A DNA stretch of 64,000 nt from Alphaproteobacteria bacterium (lineage in GTDB: Bacteria; Pseudomonadota; Alphaproteobacteria; Rs-D84). The position numbers and the translations under genes are program-made. Positions 16,486 to 26,273 of this stretch are shown piece by piece. The notes under the pieces were generated by a model that saw only the letters and a program-made list of their open reading frames with translations, ran no database searches and was not told the origin of the DNA. The stretch lies in the NCBI GenBank assembly GCA_017503725.1, contig JAFVSL010000005.1:15455-79454 (forward strand), given 5' to 3'. Position 1 is the first letter of the stretch; every line of letters starts with the position of its first letter.

Positions 16486-16625
16486 TCCAACGCACCCGCG
16501 TCAGATAATCAAAAACCACCATTCATCAGGTGGTCAGGAGGTTGGAAACAATCATCGGAATTGTGTCGCTTATTCAATATATTCGCAACCCTCCTGACGA
16601 CAAATATCAGGAGTTTAAATTTACC
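16486..16625 (-). promoter_or_regulatory. Conserved B-cassette leader, copy L4
   Basis: Contains AACTCCTGA...GTCAGGAGGGTTGCGAATATATTGAATAAGC...AACCTCCTGACC in the mRNA sense. Confidence 0.55.
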
Positions 16626-16807
16626 GTCCGCAAGACAGATATCCATTGCGAACGCCGATGCACGGGTTTCCACACCCCATTATGACAAAAACCGCCATAA
16701 CAAGTATATTATAGCGAATTCTTTCAACTTAGGCAAATACTAAGATAAGTAAAAATTATGTCCCGAAAAATAAAAAATTTTGTAAATAATCCACCCGGCG
16801 GGATTTT

Positions 16808-17722
16808 TTATTCGTCGCCTGCGCGCGGATGGGCGTGCGCATATATATTTGAAATATCACTCATATTAACGCGTGTATAAACTTGGGTTGCCGCCAACGA
16901 TGAATGCCCCAGTAATTCCTGTAAACTGCGCAAATCCGCACCGCCGGCCAACAATGCCGTCGCAAACGTGTGGCGCAATGCGTGCGGTGTCACATAGTCC
17001 GGCAACTGTAAATAATTTCGCAGGTTTTCCACAACCTTTTCCGCCATACGCGGCGACATCGGCAGGCCCCGCACACTGCGAAACGCAACCTCGTCCGGGA
17101 CCTTTTCGAACGGGTGGGTTGACATATATTTATCCATCGCATCCCAAACCGCCGGCAAGACCGGAACCAAGCGTTCCTTGTTCCCTTTACCCACGATACG
17201 CAAAACATCGGGGCGCCCCATAACATCCCGATTTCGCAGGTTCAAGGCCTCTGATATTCGCAGGCCACACCCAAACAGCAACACCACCAACGCCCAATCA
17301 CGCGCCGCAACCCACGGATTTTTTACATTTGTCGCACGAATCGCCCCGTGCATATCGGCAACATCCGACACGTTTATCGCCTTGGACAATTTGCGTGGCA
17401 CCTTTGGCGAAGATACAAGGCCAATTGCATCGTTTTTTATATCGTATTTTCGCCCCAAGAACTTGTAAAACCCACGCAACGAAGACAATGCCCGCGCCGT
17501 CGATTTATACGCCAATCCGCGCCGCTGACGATCCGCCAAATATGCGCGAAAACAAATCGTATCTGCGCGCGACAAATCCGCGACATCCGCATCCGCGCCA
17601 TTAAATTTGTTAAAAAATTTCAGGAAATCTAAAACATCCATTTCATACGCATCAATCGTATTCAACGAATACCCCTTGGTATCAGACAAATATTTTAAAA
17701 ATTCCTGAATAACGTCTTGCAT
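16808..17722 (-). CDS. Tyrosine site-specific recombinase of the XerC/XerD family
   Basis: C-terminal catalytic region ...HALRHTFATALLAGGADLRSLQELLGHSSLAATQVYTRV. About 300 aa. Confidence 0.85.
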   Translation of the reverse strand: MQDVIQEFLKYLSDTKGYSLNTIDAYEMDVLDFLKFFNKFNGADADVADLSRADTICFRAYLADRQRRGLAYKSTARALSSLRGFYKFLGRKYDIKNDAIGLVSSPKVPRKLSKAINVSDVADMHGAIRATNVKNPWVAARDWALVVLLFGCGLRISEALNLRNRDVMGRPDVLRIVGKGNKERLVPVLPAVWDAMDKYMSTHPFEKVPDEVAFRSVRGLPMSPRMAEKVVENLRNYLQLPDYVTPHALRHTFATALLAGGADLRSLQELLGHSSLAATQVYTRVNMSDISNIYAHAHPRAGDE

Positions 17723-17725
17723 ATT

Positions 17726-18460
17726 TTACCGTATTTCAAACACCGCAGACACACCGACCGACACGTCTGTATCACGACTGACGATTGTGCCGGCGGCATC
17801 CATTGTGGTGGCGACTTCTAATTTTGCCGCACGCATTAAATTACCAGATGCCGGGCGTACCACATCACCGGTTTGCGTACCATATGACACCGCCAACAGT
17901 TTTCCCGCACGCTTGCCATCGCCCGCCGCCAGGGCATCTGCACGCGTACGCGCGTTTTCAACCGCACGCGCCATACAATCTTCGACGATTGGCTTTAAAG
18001 CCTCTGGACTGGTGTACATACGCAAATCTTCGGAAAAGACATTGGTCTGTCCCGCAAACTGGGTCAGAATTTTTTCGATTGTTTCGATATTGTTTGCAGA
18101 AACCTCGACCGCGATTGTTGTTTCGATACCCAATGTCACAGATTTTTGTTCGTCACGATTCCATTCAGTCTTTTCATAAGAATTAAACTGCGTGGTCTGC
18201 ATTTGCACATCTTGCGTTTTCAGAAATTCTGTTATTTCTGCAACCTTGGCCGTTGCCATTTTCACGGACAGCGCCGCCGACTTGTCCAACGTTGTCACAC
18301 GCAGTGTAATTGCCGTTTTATCACGCGGTGCCGTCGTCAGGCATTCCCCCGTTGTCGCAATCGTGCGCGGTTCGCTTTTACGTTCCAGCGCCCCAAATAT
18401 CAGCGCCAACACCGCCGCCGTTCCGATAACTGTTCCAATCCAGGTCAATGATTTTTTCAT
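17726..18460 (-). CDS. Periplasmic SIMPL/DUF541-like protein
   Basis: N-terminal TM/signal segment. Length and composition resemble SIMPL-domain proteins. Assignment by resemblance only. Confidence 0.5.
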   Translation of the reverse strand: MKKSLTWIGTVIGTAAVLALIFGALERKSEPRTIATTGECLTTAPRDKTAITLRVTTLDKSAALSVKMATAKVAEITEFLKTQDVQMQTTQFNSYEKTEWNRDEQKSVTLGIETTIAVEVSANNIETIEKILTQFAGQTNVFSEDLRMYTSPEALKPIVEDCMARAVENARTRADALAAGDGKRAGKLLAVSYGTQTGDVVRPASGNLMRAAKLEVATTMDAAGTIVSRDTDVSVGVSAVFEIR

Positions 18461-18479
18461 ATTCTCTCTCCTTTACTAA

Positions 18480-19472
18480 TTATCCCAACATAGCCTTTTT
18501 AACACGCGCCATTGTTTCGCGTGCAACCACACGTGCGCGCGCCGCACCCCGTGCCAAGATTTCTTCTATCTCGTCCGGATTTGCCATCAAGCGTTCGTAT
18601 TCGTTGCGTGCCCCAGCAAGCGCAGAATTGATTTTTTCAAACAATATTGTTTTTGCCGTACCATACCCCATACCACCCGCACGGAACATTTCCGCAAATT
18701 CGGCGGTTTCAGCATCCGTCGCAAAATGTTTATAGAGTTGATATATGGTCGATGTATCCGGATCCTTGGATTCTTCGGGGGTCTTGGAATCCGTGATAAT
18801 GCGCATAATTTTCTTTTTTAATTCCTTTTCCGGGGCAAACAATGCGATTGTGTTATCATAAGACTTGCTCATCTTTCGTCCGTCCAGGCCCGGAATCAAT
18901 CCCGTATCCGACCCGATTACTGGTTCTGGCAACTTGAATATTTCGCCATATGTATTATTGAAATATCCCGCAATATCACGTGCAAATTCAACGTGCTGCT
19001 TCTGATCGGCACCAACCGGCACAATATCAGAATTATAAAGCAATATATCCGCCGTCATCAGAATAGGGTACGTATAAAGCCCCATATTAACCCCGGCATC
19101 TGTATCCAGGCCCGCGGCGATATTTTTATCCATTGCCGCCTTGTACGAATGCGCACGGTTCATCAACCCCTTGGGCGTGACATTGGATAACAGCGTGTTT
19201 AATTGATAGATTTCATCAATATCCGATTGACGAAACAGTACCGCGTTATCTAAGTCCAGCCCCAACGCAATCATCATCGCCGCAATTTCATAGGTATGCT
19301 GTTTAATTTGTGCCGCATCGTGAATAGAATTCAGCGCGTGCAAATCCGCAATAAACATAAACGTTTTATATTCGCGCGCCCTTTCAATCAGCGGTTTCAA
19401 CGCACCGATATAGTTGCCCAAATGTGGCATTCCCGTGGGTTTAATACCCGTTAATACAATTTTATCTGACAT
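18480..19472 (-). CDS. trpS: Tryptophanyl-tRNA synthetase
   Basis: Class I motifs: HIGH-type (GMPHLGNY) and KMSKS. About 330 aa. Confidence 0.9.
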   Translation of the reverse strand: MSDKIVLTGIKPTGMPHLGNYIGALKPLIERAREYKTFMFIADLHALNSIHDAAQIKQHTYEIAAMMIALGLDLDNAVLFRQSDIDEIYQLNTLLSNVTPKGLMNRAHSYKAAMDKNIAAGLDTDAGVNMGLYTYPILMTADILLYNSDIVPVGADQKQHVEFARDIAGYFNNTYGEIFKLPEPVIGSDTGLIPGLDGRKMSKSYDNTIALFAPEKELKKKIMRIITDSKTPEESKDPDTSTIYQLYKHFATDAETAEFAEMFRAGGMGYGTAKTILFEKINSALAGARNEYERLMANPDEIEEILARGAARARVVARETMARVKKAMLG

Positions 19473-19722
19473 AATAATTACCTTTTCCTGTATTTGATTT
19501 TAATGAATTTGTTATTGAAATGAAAGCCCAAAAATACGCGGGCAGGGTGTAAAAAATCCTTAGGCGGCGATGCGCCAACAAAAAGCACTTGAAAAGATAA
19601 ATTTATTCGAACTCATACCAATCATTATAGTGCACAATTATAAAATTTGCAAGTTTTACAAAGATAACTATTTATAGTATCCACCACTAGCCACTAAAAA
19701 ATCCCGCCAATGGCGGGATTTT

Positions 19723-22119
19723 TTATTTTTTCACAACAAAGTTTACCAATTTTTTCGGGACAACAATTGTCTTGATAATCGTTGCGCCATCTAACTTGGC
19801 ACCCAATGCACTTTTTGCCATTTCAACCAATGCATCGTCGGCCACGTCCGCCGGCGCAACAAATTCTGCACCACGTTTACCGTTAACGGACGCAACAATT
19901 GTCATTTCGGTCTCAACCAGTTTCGCCGCATCAAATGTTGGCCAATCTGACAACGCCAGCATTTCATCGTGTCCCAATTTTTCCCACATTTCTTCGGTCA
20001 AATGTGGTGCAAATGGATTTAACACCCGAACCAGCGTTTCGTACGCCGCCCGCGGCATACCACCCGAAAATGCATTGATATATTCCATCATCGCAGAAAT
20101 CGCCGTGTTAAATTTCATATTTTCAACGCGCTCTGTCACATCCGCAATCAATTTATGCATCAAACGTTCTTGGGTCGCGGTCATTTCATCGCCCGTCAAA
20201 TTATCAGACATATTTTCTACACGTTTCAAGAAACGCTGAACCCCGGCCAGTGCACCATCGGTCCATACCGCGTTATTTTCCCACGGCCCCAGTGACAACA
20301 CCGAAACACGCCCCGCATCAGCCCCAACAGAATCAACCAAATCCGCCACCATAAAACCATTCCCACGCGACTTGGACATTTTATACCCATCATTACCCAT
20401 CAACAGTCCCTGGGCCGTACGCTTTGCGTATGGTTCCGGTGTATTAACCAATCCCAAATCATACAATGCGTGATGCCAGAAACGCGAATAAATCAAATGA
20501 CGTGTGTTATGCTCGTGTCCACCGTTATAGTGTGTAACCGGCATCCAATTTTCCATCTGCTGGCGCGAACAAAATTCTTTATCATTCTTTGGATCCAGAT
20601 ACCGTAAATAATACCACGATGACCCCGCCCATCCCGGCATAGTATCCGTTTCACGTTTTGCAGGCGCCCCACAATGTGGACACGTTGTATTTACCCAATC
20701 GGTTGCACGGGCCAGGGGCCCTTCGCCATCATCGGTTGGTTTATAGTCCACCATATATGGTTGCATAATCGGCAATTCAGATTCATCAACCGGTACCCAG
20801 CCACATTTTTCACAATAAACCATTGGGATTGGTTCGCCCCAATACATCTGGCGTGAAAAACCCCAGTCTTTTAATTTATATTTTGTTGTGCCACGTGCAA
20901 AGCCGTGTTCCGTACCATATTTAATTGCGGTGGCAATGGCTTCTTCTTTGCCCATACCGTCCAAGAAGGATGAATTTATATGCGCACCGTCGCCTTCCCA
21001 AACTTTATCAGGTTCACCACCGGCCAAAACCGGGATAATTTCCAAACCGAATTTCTTGGCAAAGTCCCAGTCACGACCATCGTGCGCCGGCACCGCCATA
21101 ATTGTCCCATACGCATAATCAACCAATACATAGTCCGATGTGAACACAGGGATTTCTTTGCCGGTATATGGATTCAATGCCATTATACCCTCTAAACGCA
21201 CACCCGTCTTTTCCTTGGTCGCGTCTGTCCGTTCAATCTCAGATTTTGCGGCAGATTCCTTGATATACGCACGTACCGCATCCGCGTTTTTAATTTTACC
21301 TTCGTCCAGCCATTTTGCCAACAACTTGTGTTCCGGGGCAATTACACAGAACGTCACACCAAATATAGTATCTACACGCGTCGTATAAACCGTCATAACA
21401 TCATCCCCAACACGGAAATCAACATCCGCGCCGTGCGATTTACCAATCAGGTTTACCTCATCTTTTTTAATACGTTCATCAAAATCAACATCTTTTAAGC
21501 CGTCTAATAATTTATCGGCATATTTAGACAACGCCAAATTCCACTGAACCTTCATTTTCTTTTCGACCGGCCCGTGACAGCGTTCACAACAACCATCTTC
21601 TAACTCTTCATTTGTCAGGTTTGTTTTGCACGCCGGGCACCAATTCATCGGCAGGGCAGATTTATACGCCAACCCCGCCTTGTAAAACTGAATAAACATC
21701 CATTGTGTCCATTTAACATATTCCGGGTCAGACGTTGCAACACGTGTTTCCGGACTGACCGACCAACCAACACGATCAATCATTTTTGAATATGCTTCTA
21801 TCAATTCCTTTGCAACGTCTGCCGGATGGCGTCCAATCTTGGTGGCATAGTGTTCACCGGCAATCCCCATTGCATCAAAACCCATTGGGAACAAAACATC
21901 ATATCCACGTGCACGACGAAACCGGGCCAAAACATCGATTCCCGAATAATTCATCATATGTCCCGCGTGCATCCCGGCACCGGACAAGAACGGAAATTCC
22001 ACCAACGTGTAAAAACGTGGTTTCGAACCATCATCTTTCGGTACAAACGCGCGTGCATCGCGCCAGCGTTTTTGCCATTTTGCCTCACGTTCGTGAATTT
22101 TTTTCATATCATCTGCCAT
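19723..22119 (-). CDS. leuS: Leucyl-tRNA synthetase
   Basis: Class I HMGH, the zinc-knuckle region NWCPACKTNLTNEE...CERCHGPV and KMSKS motifs. 798 aa. Confidence 0.9.
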   Translation of the reverse strand: MADDMKKIHEREAKWQKRWRDARAFVPKDDGSKPRFYTLVEFPFLSGAGMHAGHMMNYSGIDVLARFRRARGYDVLFPMGFDAMGIAGEHYATKIGRHPADVAKELIEAYSKMIDRVGWSVSPETRVATSDPEYVKWTQWMFIQFYKAGLAYKSALPMNWCPACKTNLTNEELEDGCCERCHGPVEKKMKVQWNLALSKYADKLLDGLKDVDFDERIKKDEVNLIGKSHGADVDFRVGDDVMTVYTTRVDTIFGVTFCVIAPEHKLLAKWLDEGKIKNADAVRAYIKESAAKSEIERTDATKEKTGVRLEGIMALNPYTGKEIPVFTSDYVLVDYAYGTIMAVPAHDGRDWDFAKKFGLEIIPVLAGGEPDKVWEGDGAHINSSFLDGMGKEEAIATAIKYGTEHGFARGTTKYKLKDWGFSRQMYWGEPIPMVYCEKCGWVPVDESELPIMQPYMVDYKPTDDGEGPLARATDWVNTTCPHCGAPAKRETDTMPGWAGSSWYYLRYLDPKNDKEFCSRQQMENWMPVTHYNGGHEHNTRHLIYSRFWHHALYDLGLVNTPEPYAKRTAQGLLMGNDGYKMSKSRGNGFMVADLVDSVGADAGRVSVLSLGPWENNAVWTDGALAGVQRFLKRVENMSDNLTGDEMTATQERLMHKLIADVTERVENMKFNTAISAMMEYINAFSGGMPRAAYETLVRVLNPFAPHLTEEMWEKLGHDEMLALSDWPTFDAAKLVETEMTIVASVNGKRGAEFVAPADVADDALVEMAKSALGAKLDGATIIKTIVVPKKLVNFVVKK

Positions 22120-22269
22120 AATTTCGTCCTATGTGTTATTAAAATTACCTTAACCCCCAGTTTATATTTCGCGCGCACATTATTCAAGTTTTTTTATACA
22201 GACACATAAAAAAATCTAGACTTTTTTTATTTTTCAATAAATACTTGTTACGGGGTGCATATATGCCCC

Positions 22270-22440
22270 GGACATAGTGATGTGGCTTTGGCTTAGAACA
22301 CCAAAACATTGAACGAAATGGCTACCACTTTATGTCCCGACCAAGCGGTCGGGATGTCGTTGCTCGCAAGACAACGAGGTCATCAATGTTTGACTGTTCT
22401 AACTCCCGACCACCACTTGCTATGGTGGTTTTTTTATTAC
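22270..22440 (+). promoter_or_regulatory. Structured leader upstream of the PAP2 phosphatase gene. Several hairpins ending in a strong intrinsic terminator (ACCACCA-CTTGCTA-TGGTGGT plus T7). Alternative pairing of GGTCGGGAT with two TCCCGACC copies.
   Basis: Read directly. GTCCCGACC-aagc-GGTCGGGAT is a perfect hairpin. A second TCCCGACC overlaps the 5' arm of the terminator. The terminator ends about 20 nt before the RBS. Confidence 0.5.
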
Positions 22441-22459
22441 AATCGAAAGGAAAGAAAAT

Positions 22460-23014
22460 ATGTCAAGACTTAGAACTCTTGTCGCGTTTTCTGTTTGCGG
22501 GGCATTGACCGCAAATGGTGCAATTGCGGGTGGACCTTTTTCATTTTCCAACCCGAATAAACTAAGCGATACATTTATGGTGATGACGGTGGCATACGCC
22601 CTGGGGCTAAGCAGTACCGAAGATAACTTTGACGGTGCCATTGAATTAGCCACCAGTATTGCCGGTGCCCAGATAGTTGCCGAAGGTATCAAGGCCCTTG
22701 AACTGGAACGCCGCCCGAATGGTTCCGATTGGAAATCATTCCCCAGTGGTCATTCCGCCGCCGCATTCAGCAGCGCAATGTTCGTCCACCGTCGTTACGG
22801 ATGGAAACCGGCAATTATACCATACGCAATGGCCGCGGTAACTGGTTGGGGCCGGGTACGTGCCGACGCGCACTATTGGCACGACGTCCTGGGCGGGGCG
22901 GCAGTATCTGCACTTTTTACCTGGATTGTTGTGGATAAATATGACGTGGCACAAAATATTACAGTTGCTGCCACCCCCGATAACATCCACGTCGGGTTCA
23001 AGACAGAATTTTAA
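22460..23014 (+). CDS. PAP2 superfamily phosphatase, secreted or membrane-associated
   Basis: Signature motifs KxxxxxxRP (ELERRPNG), PSGH (FPSGHS) and SRxxxxxHxxxD (RVRADAHYWHDV). Signal peptide present. Confidence 0.8.
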   Translation: MSRLRTLVAFSVCGALTANGAIAGGPFSFSNPNKLSDTFMVMTVAYALGLSSTEDNFDGAIELATSIAGAQIVAEGIKALELERRPNGSDWKSFPSGHSAAAFSSAMFVHRRYGWKPAIIPYAMAAVTGWGRVRADAHYWHDVLGGAAVSALFTWIVVDKYDVAQNITVAATPDNIHVGFKTEF

Positions 23015-23739
23015 TATTTAAAACACGCCAAGAATTCGGTATTGCCACTGCCACCCTGAATAGGGGACGTGGTGATACCACACGATTTAAATCCACATTT
23101 TTCAAACGCATCAACAACACGCGCAATTGATTCTTCGTGCAGTTGCGACGACTTGATAACGCCATTATATTTGGCGGCGATTTCGCGCGAAACTTCAAAC
23201 TGGGGCTTAATCAGGGCAATCACATATTTTGGCATCCATCGGGGCAGGGATTCCACAATATTCGTCAGCGATATAAACGACACATCAATCACGATTAAAT
23301 CAACCGTCTCGGTCGGCACAACATCGCGAATATCGGTCTGCTCCATCGATATAACACGCGGATTCATTCGCAGTTCATCCGCCAACTGATTTGTCCCAAC
23401 ATCAACGGCATAGACACGTTTCGCCCCACGTCGCAACAACACGTCTGTAAATCCACCGGTACTGGCCCCGATATCCAGACAAAATAAACAATCCGGACTT
23501 ACACCAAAATAATCCAAGGCGTGTTCCAATTTCAAACTGCCGCGACCAACGGAATAGGGCAAATCACCCCCAACAATAACGTCGCTTTCCTCGACCGATT
23601 GACTGGGCTTCTTGGCGGGTGCACCATTAACCGTCACCAGCCCCGCACGAATGGCCGCCACCGCACGTGCACGCGTTGGGTATAAATTCCGCCGAACTAA
23701 TTCTAAATCCAATCTCATAGACGCACTATAGCGCCACAT
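23011..23739 (-). CDS. tlyA: TlyA-family rRNA 2'-O-methyltransferase (S4 RNA-binding domain plus FtsJ-like MTase)
   Basis: ...VDVGASTGGFTD... and S4 domain (RAR..I..G.V.VNG). The start may be the internal ATG at 23718. Confidence 0.75.
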   Translation of the reverse strand: MWRYSASMRLDLELVRRNLYPTRARAVAAIRAGLVTVNGAPAKKPSQSVEESDVIVGGDLPYSVGRGSLKLEHALDYFGVSPDCLFCLDIGASTGGFTDVLLRRGAKRVYAVDVGTNQLADELRMNPRVISMEQTDIRDVVPTETVDLIVIDVSFISLTNIVESLPRWMPKYVIALIKPQFEVSREIAAKYNGVIKSSQLHEESIARVVDAFEKCGFKSCGITTSPIQGGSGNTEFLACFKY

Positions 23740-23806
23740 ATGTTAAAAATCAACTTGACTCTGTTCTTTTTACACCTATACTAAGAACCCCAAAAGGATA
23801 AAATTT

Positions 23807-24058
23807 ATGAGCAAAACAATCACATGTAACGGATGCAACAAATGCTGCGCACTTGGTGCAACACCTGTAAAAAACAACTATGTACTGGATATAGAAAAGC
23901 AATATTATATCCCAACCATTAACGGCGAAATTATCACCGCCTATATCGAAAACGGCGAACAGAAAAATATCAATCTGTGCGAAACTGTCGAAAAGGCGAT
24001 TGAAGCAGCCCAGCGGGTTTCTTGCTTCTGTTGTTATCATACACAAAATGTGAAATAG
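23807..24058 (+). CDS. Small Cys-rich hypothetical protein, 83 aa (CNGCNKCC ... CFCCYH)
   Basis: RBS AAAAGGATAAA upstream of the ATG. Nine Cys residues. Confidence 0.4.
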   Translation: MSKTITCNGCNKCCALGATPVKNNYVLDIEKQYYIPTINGEIITAYIENGEQKNINLCETVEKAIEAAQRVSCFCCYHTQNVK

Positions 24059-24261
24059 GGGGCCCACCACCAAAATCCACACCGCCCATCCAGGCGGTGT
24101 TATTATTTATTTTTATTATTGTATTTTTTCTCTATACATTTTATAATCACGGTGTCAGCGGGATTTTCCACTGATGGGGTGTCAGAACCCGTACATAACG
24201 CGTTTGGAATCGAAATCCAGCGCGCCATTGGCGTGTTTTTTTCGTATCTGTCCAAACGATA

Positions 24262-24411
24262 AATAAAACTCCTGAACACATAGGTGTCAGGAGGGTTGCG
24301 AATATATTGAATAAGCACACAATTCGTTATGATTGTTCTGAACCTCCTGACCACTCGTTTATGCGCGGTGGTTTTTGTTTTTTCGCGAAAAACAATGAAA
24401 GGAGATTGAAT
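24262..24411 (+). promoter_or_regulatory. Conserved B-cassette leader, copy L2
   Basis: aaaactcctgaacacataggtgtcaggagggttgcgaatatattgaataagcacacaattcgttatgattgttctgaacctcctgaccactcgtttatgcgcggtggtttttgttttttcgcgaaaaacaatgaaaggag, then ATG. Confidence 0.6.
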
Positions 24412-24873
24412 ATGAAAAAACTTTTAATCTTAACCGCGCTTGGTGCGATTTTGACCGCGCCCGCAATGGCGGTACAAAAATGCGTACAGTTGCCCACAAA
24501 AGGCTCAGGTTGTTCTTTTAGCAGCAGCTCTTTCAGCATTGAAATACCCATAAGCTGCAGTGCTGCTGGGATATCTATGAAGGCTATAGCGTTGTGTGCT
24601 TCTGCTTATGCTGACAAAGGAGGCGTCGTATCAGCAGGCTTAGTCGCAAACACAATAGATGGGGAAACTATGTCTTATGGTCCCTACTATTGTTGGTGCA
24701 AACTTGTTCAGCCAGTTGAATCAAAGTGGGTATTGGCTTCTAGTACAAGCAACGACGAATTCAGTTCCTGTTCTTATTCCTGCTCCCAAAAATGCGCCGA
24801 AGCGATGCGGGCCCCTAAAGATGTTGAACTTGATATCTGGCCAATAATGCTGGAAAATTTATTAGTTGATTAA
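24412..24873 (+). CDS. Family-B secreted Cys-rich protein, copy B2 (PYYCWCKLVQP.ESKW)
   Basis: Start at ATG 24412 (MKKLLILTALGAILTAPAMA) with RBS AAAGGAG. Confidence 0.65.
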   Translation: MKKLLILTALGAILTAPAMAVQKCVQLPTKGSGCSFSSSSFSIEIPISCSAAGISMKAIALCASAYADKGGVVSAGLVANTIDGETMSYGPYYCWCKLVQPVESKWVLASSTSNDEFSSCSYSCSQKCAEAMRAPKDVELDIWPIMLENLLVD

Positions 24874-24883
24874 GGTGGCGGAT

Positions 24884-25156
24884 ATGAAACGAATTATATT
24901 TTTATTGTTGTGTATGCCAGGGTTGGCGCACGCCGCCGCCCCCAGTACCACTTGTCCATCTGGATACATCGCCATAAACGAACCTGCCATTACAATTGCA
25001 ACCACGTGCCCCAGTGGCACAATTTCGGTTGGCACGGCGGAATCGTGTTTGGTGGAAAGTCCCGCGGGGGATTGTATAATGTACGCGCCGGCGGGTGTCA
25101 GTTACACCGACAGTCCCGGCACATATGAATTTACCGAACCGTGCGCAATGCAGTAA
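24884..25156 (+). CDS. Family-A secreted Cys-rich protein, copy A2, short form of 90 aa
   Basis: MKRIIFLLLCMPGLAHA signal peptide, then the conserved block CPSGYIAINEPAITIATTCPSG. RBS AAGGTGGCGG. Terminator at 25157-25185. Confidence 0.65.
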   Translation: MKRIIFLLLCMPGLAHAAAPSTTCPSGYIAINEPAITIATTCPSGTISVGTAESCLVESPAGDCIMYAPAGVSYTDSPGTYEFTEPCAMQ

Positions 25157-25185
25157 AAAAACGCCCATTGGGCGTTTTTTTAATC

Positions 25186-25953
25186 AGGCAGGAACAGGGC
25201 CTATCCCCCCCCTGGATACAGTATTCTTGTCACATATCTCATTTCTCACAAAAATCCCCCAACCCGGGGGATTTTTTGCAATTTTTACCGCCCCGCCGAC
25301 CGTTTTTCGCCCGCAAACCCGCAGAAATCCGCCATTTTTCGCATTTTTAGCACCAGAATAGGGGGCAAAACCCCAATTTTCGGCCATTTTTGACATTTTC
25401 ACCATACAAATCCACCCGTTATCCAAACATCAAAAAAAAACATAAATCGGATACAAAAAAGTACTTAAAAAAGTATTTTAATAAAAAACACTTAAATTTA
25501 TTTATAAATCTATAAACAAAATGATATTTTTATTATTTAATAAATAATTTTAATTTTTTCCGCAACAAAACACGCATCGCACCACAGACAAAAAAACAGA
25601 TCGATTTTCATCGCGCCGGGCACAGAATTATACGTCACAAAATTATCATCGCCACCAGAATCAAACAACATCACACCAGGGCCACACAAACACACCAATC
25701 GCGCCACAGGGCGCAGAATTCCGCCAATCACACAATTATACGTTCATCGCGCCGAGAATCGATTAAGGCATATACCACCAACACACACCAAGCGGAATAA
25801 CACCCGCCATAATCGCAATCATCGGCCCCAGGACAGACATAAATCGGCATAATTATCGGATATTATGCATACACACGCACATTTCCGCTATTCTTCTATA
25901 CCAAACTATACATAATATAAATTATGCGCCTTTTATATATCACTGTCAACCTA
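25186..25953. other. About 770 bp of non-coding AT-rich DNA with direct-repeat motifs (ATCGCGCC x3, ACA[GC]AATTATACGT x2, CCATTTTT x several), an AT-rich tract of about 130 bp at 25430-25560, and one near-DnaA-box TTATCCAAA
   Basis: No ORF with RBS spans the region. Repeats read directly from the sequence. Confidence 0.4.
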
Positions 25954-26124
25954 TCATTTTCTAGACTTCTTTACCCTATTATTTTCAACACTCAGCAAAT
26001 CTTTTATCTCTTGCAAATTTCTGTTAACGGCACGCAATTCAAACGGCATCATCAGCCACGCTATGACAAAGCACACCACCAATACCAGAAATAACAGATA
26101 CAATATCCCCCAAATCAAAAACAT
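25954..26124 (-). CDS. Small membrane protein of about 56 aa (MFLIWGILYLLFLVLVVCFVIAWLMMPF...)
   Basis: Internal ATG with RBS AAGGAG 7 nt upstream. A single TM helix. Confidence 0.35.
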   Translation of the reverse strand: MFLIWGILYLLFLVLVVCFVIAWLMMPFELRAVNRNLQEIKDLLSVENNRVKKSRK

Positions 26125-26273
26125 ACCCCACTCCTTTTTATACAATCCTATTATATCATATTTGCCAACGCCAGTCCACCCACCCTGCAAAACTATACAT
26201 AATTCATAACAATCCCACAAAAAAAGCGGGGCCGCAACGCCCCGCCAACAAACCTAAACCAAATTATCACAAA

